Below, piece by piece: positions 1-10,671 of a DNA stretch of 64,000 nt. Position numbers and translations under genes: made by a program. Every line of letters starts with the position of its first letter. Position 1 is the first letter of the stretch. The notes beneath the pieces are model-generated. The model was not told the DNA's origin and searched no databases. It saw only the letters and a list, made by a program, of their open reading frames with translations. The DNA comes from Takakia lepidozioides (taxonomy: Eukaryota > Plantae > Bryophyta), in contig CM060734.1 of NCBI GenBank assembly GCA_030704615.1, forward strand, positions 43,090,001 through 43,154,000, written 5' to 3'.

Positions 1-40
1 TGCTTGAAAACAACCATCCGAAGATCTGCTGGTATGGATA

Positions 41-480
41 TTCAATCTTGCGTTGACGCAAGGTTGAATTCCTCTGCTGAAACACCTGTCCATGGTATTT
101 GATAACCTTAACTTTCCTACAATTGTATGGAAATCGGGGTATTTCTGTGGGACATTTCTAGCAATCCATACCGTCAAACAACGTTGCGTCAACGCAAGGC
201 TGTTTGTTGGTATAGTGTAAGCTCTAAACAACATTTCAAACAGACTCCAAACAGACTTTAAGTTCATCCTGGCAACATTCGAACTGGAAACCACCAAAAA
301 AACAGCCCAAGAACACATGAAAACCTACATAGCCTGGCCCTTCATCAACCTTGCGTTGACGCAAGGTTGATTTGCCTGTCAGTTTTTGCCCTTTCACATG
401 CAAAAAAACGACATCATTGGATACCCCAGGTACATGAATATAAAACCAAAACAACAGGATACAAGCTTGCGTTAACGCAA
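41..480. repeat. Four palindromic repeats (core TTGCGTYRACGCAA, full form ATCAACCTTGCGTTGACGCAAGGTTGAT) downstream of the ParB-like gene
   Basis: Copies read directly at about 41-68, 175-206, 344-371 and 467-480, with irregular spacing of about 115-170 bp. Confidence 0.9.
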
Positions 481-589
481 TATTGCTCGGTTGCACGTCC
501 AGAGCCTTCAGAGCTCCCTCAAAACCTCCAAATTCACAGTTCTACATGGAAAAAACGACACAAGAATACAGAAACATACACTTCAAGTA

Positions 590-2291
590 CCAGATTTGTT
601 TCTTGGAGGTCACACCTGTACAACACTCGTTTCATTGCTTGCTCGCTGTTGTACTGGTTTTACCTGGAGATTCCTTTGTCTCTCTCGAACTCCCTAAAGA
701 AACAATTGTTCCAGACAGTGAGCTTCCATCTCCTGATATAGGCCTCCAGTGTCATCCGGGGGCAAGCCATCTAGATTTTGTAGTCTGCCATTGACTCCCC
801 AAGTGCAGCCACCGCTCGTTTTTCCAACTACAGCAAGAAAGATCATAAGAATTGTGGAGATAGCATAGAGCAGCACAAACATTTGAAAATGGTTTTGTGG
901 AAACCTTACGTGGCTCCATAAGGTTGCTTTGTGTAGCCACTGGTCGAATGTGTGGTCGCTAACAACTTTTATTGCTTGTGTCTTCGAGTCCCTCTCAGGA
1001 GATGGGAACATGTTGGTGTCTCTCACAAGTGGATCGGAATTCCAGATCTCCAACCACCTGATTTTGGTTGCATTGTCCACCATTGAAATGGAAAGGCGAT
1101 GCAGTTTCTCTTGGGTCATCTCCGGCTTGGAGCCATACTTGTCATAATGTGCTTTCACCTGTTCCAGAAATTCCGTGCCAAGACTCGGATCTGCTATGCG
1201 GGTTTGTTTGTCGAACGCACTCATGAGGTTCTTCCTTTGATTGTTCATCTCGAATTTCATAATGTCCTCAAGCCTAGTTGTAGATCTCTGCTCTTATGTG
1301 TAGGAAGCATAGTACTCTGCTTTCGCCTTCAAACCAGTTTCTGCTATTTCTTGCTGCATACATTATAGGGAGAAAGAATCAAACACTGCCGTTTCTTGAT
1401 AAATTTGCAGTAACAACAATCAAACAAATGTCAAGAAGCTTACCGTGTTCATGTAGTCAAGAAAAGCCTCCCTTGTCAGGCTGTACCATGTGTTTGTCTT
1501 CTTTTCAGCACACCTCTTCATCTGCTGAGGACTGAGCACGTTCGTGAATGACTCCAGTGGCATCAGCCCTATCTTCTGGATATGGAATAAAGTGTGGCAG
1601 AGATTTGTCGTCACATGGGAGGTTTCATTGGACCTGGAAAAACCTTCAACTCATAAGATGATTTCTAATTGTGCAAACGCAGATCGGAACGGGAACAATG
1701 TTGGTAACTTACTTGTTTATGTCGTGCATGGCTGTCAAGAGCTGCGTGACACGTCCTTTGTGGTCGAGTACCATGGAAACAACGCTCTAGTGCCATTCAA
1801 TCTCGTCCGAGTGCAAGCTTGAAATGTAATCCATCCAGACAAGCACTCTATGGTTCCCATCCCAGACAAAAAAACATCTTTCCCATAAACGCTTTTGTGG
1901 AGGCCTTTTTGGACAGCTTGAACTCAAACTCCCTATTTACATCCCGCCAACATGCATCCCAACTTTGCTCTATGTCCTCTGTTAGAAGAGACTCCTCTCC
2001 TTTCGTGTTCACAGTGGATACATAGAACACTGCAGATCCCTTGACATAGCCGTGAACAAAATCGTTCTTCAACTTTGTGATGTCGTTCCTCAATGCGGGT
2101 TGAACCACGGGCATGGAGATCATCTTGTATAGTGGGATAACCAGGTTTCCGCCGGGAACCTCCATCGACAGAATCACCTTCGAGGAGTTCACTTTCTGCC
2201 CACCCATAACCTCCTCGGCCTTGTCTTCATAGTGTCCCTCAAATGACTCTTCCTCACCATCACCTTCTGCCACTGCCGCATCTCCCCCCAT
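590..2291 (-). pseudogene. Spliced, decayed gene encoding a ParB/Sulfiredoxin-like domain protein, probably transposon-borne
   Basis: Exons at about 2291-1713, 1633-1444, 1353-910 and 827-590 with GT-AG boundaries (donors GTAAGT, GTAAGC, GTAAGG). Correcting a 1-nt frameshift in the T-run near 1870 gives ...GKMFFVWDGNHRVLVW..., a ParB/Srx-type DGNHR motif. Several in-frame stops are present. Confidence 0.7.
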
Positions 2292-2359
2292 GGATTTCCT
2301 TTTTTTTTTTTTCTACAGATAATGAATATCCCTGTGAGTGACAGATTGAGCTCCCATGG

Positions 2360-2577
2360 ATCAACCTTGCGTTGACGCAAGGTTGATTGATGGGGATGTA
2401 GCTTAGTCTGAAATGCATACCGCAACAGTCCATTGAACCCACTAAATGCTTTGCGTTGACGCATGGTTCTTTTGTGGGCTTCAGATAATCGACTTTCCCT
2501 ACTTTGCGGTTCCTGGTGCGAGACTTCGGATGCTGGGAGTGGCATCAAAATCAGCCTCACGTCAACGCAAGGTTGAT
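2360..2577. repeat. Three copies of the same palindrome upstream of the ParB-like gene
   Basis: 2360-2387 is identical to 344-371; 2450-2464 and 2550-2577 are degenerate copies. Confidence 0.9.
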
Positions 2578-3836
2578 AGATTTCATGGGACCTATTAAAC
2601 CTCCAGCAAGGTACATACAAAACCAATACATCCTCACTGCCACTGACAACACTACCAAATGGGTAGAGGCCAAGGTACTAAGAGACAACACTACCAAGTC
2701 GACAGCCAAATTCTTATATGAAAACATCATCATACGATTTGGTTGCCAAACTGGAATTCGTCAGTGATCAGGGATCACATTTTATAAATGATGCCATAAA
2801 ATGCTTGACGGAGGAGTTCATGATTGTACATCACAAGAGCACTGCTTACTATCCCCAAGGAAATGGCCAGGCCGAATCTACCAACAAGATATTATGCATT
2901 ATCTCATCCAAGATAGTAAATGCCAATCGTACAGATTGGGACACCAAAATGAACACAACACTATAGGCATTCAGGACATCATACAAGGTGACCACAAAAC
3001 ATACACCATTTCAACTGGTGTATGGAACAGAGGCACTATTACCCATTGAATGCATGATACCCACACTACGAACCGGAACTCATGAACGATGGGGTTTAGA
3101 AGAATCTCTACGAGTCAGGGAACATGAGTTATTTCATCCGGAAGAAGTTTGGGCAGCCGTTGCAAATAGCATGGCACGAATTCAAGAACAACGAAGAAAA
3201 AGAATATCCGAAGGGAAAGCAAAATCTTTCCAGGACGGCGAAAATGTTTTGTGGTTACCAAAAATCAAGAAAATCAAACTGGGAGGAAAATTAAAAATGC
3301 CATGGATGGGACCATTTCAAATCAAAAGGGTACATGACAATAGAACTGTCGATTTGCAGACCTTGGAACAAGAATTCGTAGGACGAATAAATATTAACAA
3401 GTTAAAAGGCTACAAAGGGATACATGACAAAGCACTTATACATGACTTATACGCCAACGAGGAAGACCAAACCGCAGATGAGGAGCGTGAAACCGCCAGT
3501 GCATACTACATTCATCACGAAACGGTGAATCGACATGTACTAAGACAGGTGGCAATACGAGTTCATGGCACCGCTACGTTTAGACCACCATTCATTTGGA
3601 GGTCAGCACTACCACCCCGTATACCGTATGGTGAACCGTGGCCAGCACATATGCCCTACAGAACCATGAACAAATACGAAGCAACCAACGAGTCACTGCT
3701 TGTGTTAAACTCCGAGATGTACGCTCCAGATGACCCCACCGACCGTGGTAATCATACACCACTAACCATCGATCATAACACGGAGAAAGAACGACGACGC
3801 AATCCAACAGATTGCCAAAAGACGGCGGACCGATAA
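2575..3836 (+). pseudogene. Retrotransposon integrase (DDE core plus GPY/F C-terminal region), frameshifted
   Basis: ORFs 2504-2767, 2718-2966 and 2988-3836 join into a typical Gypsy integrase that lacks the N-terminal zinc finger. Confidence 0.9.
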
Positions 3837-3857
3837 GGGCAAAGCCATTAAACCAAT

Positions 3858-6800
3858 TTGCAAATACTGCGCACACGCCACTCATCTAAAAACAGACCAC
3901 ATACCAAAATGGATGAACACATCCAAAATGGATACACATCCAAGATGGATGAACGTAAACTAACCGAAATCGGACAATCATCAACAACCATTAGTCCAAT
4001 CCAAGACAAACCACGAAGAAAACACCAACGGAAGAAAATTAGACACATCCAGAAAAAGGATGAGGTCTACTCAAAGCCGTTACCAGAAGCTAAATGCTTC
4101 TTGGTAAGCACGGGCCCAGCAATTAAAGCTAACTGCGCTTTAAACCTAGGCGGACAGCAGGACAAAATTACCTCCACGAGAACCTTGAGAGAAGTTAGAG
4201 TGGAAGCTCACAGAGGAGAACCCCTACTTAAACCCAGAAACGAAACCCCACACCTTCTCTTCCGCAACCTGAAAATTGTCGTCTACACAACTTCCAGTGT
4301 GCTTCATACTGCTCTTGATACAGGAATTGGTACTCTAATTCCTTACATCAACAACAAACTAAGGGAAATGACAGGCACCAAGTGGAAGACACCAAGTTCT
4401 TATGCACAAGTGAATTTCAAAATCAGCCCGGCGTTGCGGAAAATCGAGCAGGACATAGAGACACATGAGACGTTGGACAGTCTTGGCCTGCGGTACTTCG
4501 TCACCATGCTGGACTGGAACCTTAAGCACGACGAGCTGAGCAGGAAGTTCTTGGAAAACTACAACACCAGCACTCGAAGCACAAACGTCTGTGACACACA
4601 TATTCTATTGACGGAGAAGTACTTGGCGGAAGTGTTTCACCTTCCCAGTCTAGACGTACCGGTGCACAACGGCAAACCACCAAGGATTATACTTGCGGAC
4701 CTGTTTGAGAATCTCAACCAAGCCGATCAGGGCTACACATGTAGTCACAGCAAAAACCCCGGCTTTAAGAAGATAGCCCCGGTACTTAGCACGTTGCTTT
4801 GTCTCAGGCAAAACCACAGCTATTGCACTAAGGAGCTAATCGACCAAGTATTGATTTGCCTCAATGGGCAAATTGTGAATTGGGCAGGCTTCTTATTGAA
4901 GAAGTTGACCCAAGAATTAACCAGGTTGAGAAAGATGAAGAAGGAAGTAATGGTTACTCCCCTATTACTCCAAATGATTCGACACACTGTACACTTGACA
5001 CCCGAAGAGCAAACAACGTTGGGAATCATGCAACGAGAAGACACGGTGAAGGAGGAATGAAGCGAGACGGCAGCAGGTCAAGAGGAAGAAAGACAACAAT
5101 TGGAAGAAAAGGGTGGACTTGCAAAAAGAGCCCGGATCAACGAAGCAACCACGAGTGCAATGGCAGAAAACATCTTCAACTCAACGGTTGATTCCACACT
5201 GCAGAGAGAGAGAGAATCAACAGCCAGAAGGAGGGGGCCAGCCGCAGACCAATGAAGCAACACCCCTGGAAATTAACACCGAAATCCAGCAAACAACACC
5301 TGCAGAGGCCACACAACCAGGAACAGAGGAGAGATCCATAGTGGTGCAACAACAGCAGGTGGTACAAGAGACACAGAGTCAGCAGCAGCAAGACAATAAT
5401 TCCAATTTGGAATTACTACTCGCACACCAGGTCCTGGATACAACAGCACGGAACACAGGTTTGGAAGAAACACCATAGAATGTAATTCTGCAGGCAATAC
5501 AAGCGTTGGATCAAGTAACGGCATACATGGACAGGGCCAAAGATTACATAAGCCCGAAAAACCTTAGCATGATCTTGGACCACATCAAAGAAAAACACCA
5601 GAGGGAATTGGCAACAGCAAGAACAGTATGTAACCACGAGGTTACAATCGCATCATTGGAGGATCAAAAGACTACCCTGCTTCGCCAATACATCATTTTA
5701 ATAGAACGCCGAGACGAGTGGGAACAAAGGTGGCAAAGACGGAGAGACAAAACGTGCAATGTCCAAGCCGACCTCAATGCAGAAAGAGAGTGATATCGGA
5801 AAACGGAGACAGAGGTGGAAACACTCACAAGACAGGTGCAGACACTTAAGGGACAGGTGGATACACTCAAGGGGCAGCTGAGGACTGCCAAAGAATAGTG
5901 AACCAAGTGGCTCTCATGCAATACTGTATTGCTGAGAGAAAGGGAAAATGCAGAAAATAGGCTATTCACAGCTAACACAGAGAGAGAAATTGCCTTACAC
6001 AACAAACAAGAATGGAATCAACAGCTGGAGAAGCTGACAGTGCAAGCAGGGCTGGATGCAACAGACGCAGCCTTGGCCCGAGCATGGTTGAGTGAAGGAA
6101 GTGAACTAGAAATGAAGAAATTCAACAGGGCAATGATAAAACAAATGAAGTGTCAGTTGGTGAAATTGGTAACAGACATTCACGAGGAATTCCTGCCACC
6201 AATTCCAGAACAAGAGGAGCTCACGAATGAGGACGACCAAGAGGAGCAAGACCATGAACATGAAGCACCAATACAATCAATAACAATAACACAACCACCA
6301 CCAAGTCAACAAGCACTAATACAGGCCACATCAGGGCCATCTACTCAGGAGAGCCCGTACCATTACCAAGTGTTTTGGTGGCATCAACTTCAGTAGCAGT
6401 TGATGATTTCCAAATCATGCCATGCAAGCAGGATGAGGAGTGACTAAAGTATTCAGATAAAAACTTTAAAATGATAATAGTCCCAGCCCACCAAATCCCA
6501 GAGGTACTAGAGAAGGTATTCAAAGCCTTAACCCCCTGCAGGTCATTGGGTCAATTGCATTTGCTCAATCAAACTCTCATACCTTTGAGATACAGGATGA
6601 GACCACTGGCTAGGGAGGAGACATGGTTAAGGGCAGAATTGGTTGAATTCTGGCGCCAGGCTCTCCCTTAGAGTACAAGGAGCTGGTCGCTTACATGTGA
6701 GCAGTGGGGCAATTGAAGATTAATCCTACCCTGGCAGTAGACGTTGTAATGGGCTGCCCAAGTTTTTATATTGGCAGCTACTTATACCGGATGTTCGTCA

Positions 6801-7125
6801 CAATGAGGGGAAGCTGGCAGCTCTATGAGAGCATTGACAAGGATACTTACTGGGAATTACCCAAATTCCAGCCACCAGAGAGAGTCTCAGGCACTTCAGC
6901 ATATATGAACAGACCATTATATGCTGAAGCTTGGCGCCAGGCGAAAGATCACTTTTCACCATTGGTCCTGGACAAAGACCACCCCTTCAGAGAAACGGGG
7001 ACGCAAGCTGTTAACTAGTTAATGGGCAGCAGGGCCACCAAAAACATTGTGCCCTGGACCAAGGAGGAGCTACAAACCTACCGAGAAACCTTGACCACCA
7101 AAATCGACATGGTACATACGGAATA
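3858..7125 (+). pseudogene. Additional sense ORF(s) between pol and the 3' LTR, with a coiled-coil region; degenerate
   Basis: A 400-aa ORF (3858-5060) followed by collinear broken ORFs at 5113-5478, 5506-5793, 5929-6396, 6471-6671 and 6704-7018, all upstream of the PPT. Confidence 0.65.
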
Positions 7126-7350
7126 GCAAAATACCCTGATGACGAAAGCTGACCCATTCACGAACCACAGGAGCAACCAGACAGTGATGACAACAGAAAC
7201 AAGAAGTTGCCACCACGACCATCACAATCCTGGGATGCACTTCCTAATCAGCAAACAGGCATGCCACCACCCTACATCCCCAAGAGACACAACAATCACA
7301 GGAACTGTCGAAATTGTGCGGACACAATTTCAAAAGGGGCAGGGGATAAA

Positions 7351-8313
7351 TGATAACGGCTAAGTATGACAGAGCTACGAGGGCCGGGTAGTGAGAGTCA
7401 CGGGCAGAAAAGGCCAAGTGCACGACACTTAGCAAACGGCGGAACAATGGTACACTACCACGGGAGTAGTAGTGGGTAGTGTAACAGCCGTGGGCCATGA
7501 ACCACGATATCACATGGCTACGGTAGCATAGGCTTTACTAATAGAAGAAGTAGTGAAGGGCCATGGACCGTGTGCCACTATAGCACACAAGTCACGACCA
7601 CTATCACGAGCCACTTTTTGGCAAACCTTTTAGGTTGCGTAGGCAGTTAGACAACGGTCATTAACGACTGCAAGCTGTAACGACTCTTTTGAACATAGTA
7701 TAAAAGGGCTGTAAGCAACTTAGAAGGTATCGGTGATCAGTGTGTATCCAGTGGACTCAGAGTGATTTGATGTGTACTTATGTTATGATGAGATGAACTC
7801 TGAAGTAAAGCCATGCTATTCCAAGTATCTCTGTGAATAGAGTGATTGTGAGATGGAGAGAATGTGCATTATAAGAGAATGTGAGATGGTGAGAATGTGT
7901 ATCATCTCAGAATAGATCTTGTTTGTCTTCAAAACTGTATGACTGTATGAACAAAGAGACTCCAGCCTTTCCGACTAAGACCGTTTTGCTGATGAGACTA
8001 CGGGTTGGACTTAATTAATAGGATTAAGCAACCTACAGAGATGTTGATACATACGACTACCGGGGTTTAGCTATCTTTCAAACGATTACTCTGTAATCGT
8101 TTCAGAATGCATACCGTCGGACAACCTCTGTTGCATGTCTTGGGAAATGGGATGTAGAGTTGAAAGCCTATTTTGTCTAAGTCATAAACCAGCGACCTTA
8201 TTCACTAACTCCAATTGAAATATCTCTAAATCATCACATCTAATCTTTTAAATATAACTCTAGTCACATCATTCGGGAATCCAGTAATTAAATCCTAGGC
8301 GACATTATTATCT
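7351..8313 (+). repeat. 3' LTR (about 960 bp)
   Basis: Begins TGATAA immediately after the PPT, has TATAAAAG at 7699-7706, and ends TTATC(T) near 8312 (inverse of TGATAA with the terminal A altered). Base composition changes after it. Confidence 0.7.
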
Positions 8314-9394
8314 TTTTTTTCAATGCTCATTCTTTTTATCTCACAAGAACATCACAGTTTGACAGCTTCCAAATATCAATACATATTGCTTTATTATTTT
8401 CCCATTCATTCCTCTCTTCTACTGATTCTCATCAATATAAAATATGATTTATATTCTCATTCATTTCCTCCATTTAAAAAAAAAATCCAAATAACACAAA
8501 TTGCAGAACTAATCTACCTTCAAAGTATATCTGAATTAGAAATCCATATCTACTGATTTATATCTCTTTATCTATCATACACACACACACACACCTGTCG
8601 CGCCTATTTGGCTCATCTAACACCAATTGCTTCAATCACAGTCTATTTATATTTGTCTTAATTGAATAACCACCGTAACTACTTGTAACAATGTTTGTTC
8701 ATCCTAAAACTTCATCCCTAGTTTCATCCAATAATCGTGCCAACCATTATTGAAAAGATATCGTAACGAGCTCAACTATGGGTTCTATTATCATAGTATC
8801 GTTTGATATATTTGCGATACTGCATCGAAAATCCAAGTGACATTTGCATCTCTTTAATGTTGCTAAATGCACTCTAATCTTATATGCTATCTTGTTCAGG
8901 TGCTGTATCCGAAAATCAAGCATTTGATGATATACATTAGTTCAACTCAAATATCGAGTGTGACTTGGGACGATGTTGACACCAATGATCTCCTCTTTCC
9001 GAACGCTTTTTGTCTAGCAAAACGACTATGCATTTCATGCCTTGTTGGCTATATCCTATGGTGTGGATAATGGTTGGTTCACAGAAGATGATGCTCCCTA
9101 GTGTCCCCAGGATGCTTTTGGATCCCCAAATTACGACAGAGATTTGATGAAGGCATTCCTAGAAGATCAAAGGAAGTTGCTCACTCTCGAACCAAGACAA
9201 CTAGATTTACGTTCTTCTTCTTCTATGCTATCGTCATAGATATGTGATTCGATCTCTTTTACAATGTAGATTCAATATTTCTATGTTCAAATCATGGTGT
9301 AGTGTTGTACCTAGAGAATATGAATATTTGTAATTCAATTATGGTTGATACAAAGCAAATTTCTTTTGAAGGTTTGACTGTATACCTTCTTTTG

Positions 9395-9630
9395 AAGGTT
9401 GTTGCAGTGGATAATGTAATTTCCATTCCCTGGTTGTCACTCTCACCTTTCCCCTCTACAATTTCTGTCACCATAGCTAAATTATTGTTACACAGTTTTT
9501 GACGTGTTTGGGTTGACATTTGCAGGCACCAAGAGTTAGGTACCATGTGGTTGTGAGATTCGGCAAGGTGAACTACGTTGGGGTGTCCACCAACAACTAC
9601 GTCCTGGAATGAGTTCTAGGCCGCTGAGTA
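9395..9630 (+). pseudogene. psaE: 3' fragment of a photosystem I subunit IV (PsaE) gene with its intron retained
   Basis: KVVAVDN, then a GT-AG intron at 9416-9525, then [27 protein letters not shown]. This matches the PsaE C-terminus (RYPVVVRFxKVNYxxxSTNNYALDE). A frameshift occurs near 9608 and the 5' half is absent. Confidence 0.85.
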
Positions 9631-10671
9631 AGAACAATTTTATGTTTAATTTTTTTTATCATGTCTGCTTGTTAGGTCTTGATGTGTTTTCATCATGTTT
9701 TAATGCAATGGGCTCAATGCCATATGATTCAAAAAATCTTTTGGCTAATAGAACAACGAGGCTTGCACAATTCTGTGATTATTGATCATATTTGTTTATT
9801 GATGTTCAACAACCAGAAACATGTGGACTAATCCATCAAAAACTAATAATATTCTACATAGCCTTACTTCTAACTGTGCAGTGTCCTCGCAAATACTAGC
9901 ACTAATCTAAGTTCTCGATCTCTTATTGCTCTGCCCCCACGATCGAATTCTATGATGGATGATTATGTTGGAAATTAATAAAATCCGTGTAGGGCTTCTA
10001 CATGTTATGACCTCAATCATCATAATAAGACGACTTGTTGCATTCTGAATGAAACCCTGTCAAACACATTAACTCAATCATTCGAATCATTCATGCATGG
10101 TGATGCAGTAACTTGACGAACAAACTGAATTCATAGCTTGCTCGGTTGAGGCGTCCAGAGCGTGTGCCCACTTGACAAATGACAAAACTTGAGTATCCAA
10201 ATGCACGGGTGTAGGTGGAGGCAAAACAGCCGAACCCACCCTATGCTATGTAGGTTGAATCCACAAATTTGCCTATGCACACACCCATGAGTTGTCGATT
10301 CCCTAATTCCGTACACAATATCTTAAGTCTCACACATTATACACCGCCTTGAATGCGCACTGCGATTGTCAATGCAATGTCGGCCCACCCTCTCAAACAA
10401 CTATGGTGAGGTCTCTGACACTTGCCCAAATATTGCAAGTTTCCTCAACACAAAGACAAAATGAGAAGCAATCTAAGATGCAAAAACATAGTAGACCACA
10501 CCAACGACAGCTTGTCAAGACATTTGCAACCACATTATGTAAGTATATGCAAATTTGAAAAACACGCGCGAAAACCATAATAATAGAGATCACAGCGCAA
10601 CGCAAGGCGCGGGAAGGAGAGAGGCCACACAGAAAATGCGGGAGCAAGTAAAAGATGCCTTGCACAAGGTG

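Larger units (their letters stand above)
2575..8313 (+). mobile_element. 5'-truncated Ty3/Gypsy LTR retrotransposon (non-chromovirus-like): integrase, extra ORFs, PPT, 3' LTR
   Basis: Integrase core IDFMGP...FVSDQGSHF...YYPQGNGQAESTNK, then TPFQLVYG and WMGPF (GPY/F motif); frameshifts and stops; polypurine tract at 7332-7350 followed by TG. Confidence 0.9.

Noticed and set aside
41-480. Palindromic repeats as a CRISPR array
   Set aside because: Spacing is long and irregular, copies are degenerate and in mixed orientation, there are no cas genes, and the context is eukaryotic.
10130-10330. Possible kinase P-loop fragment (IA*GGFGC) on the minus strand
   Set aside because: Too short, with no other kinase motifs.
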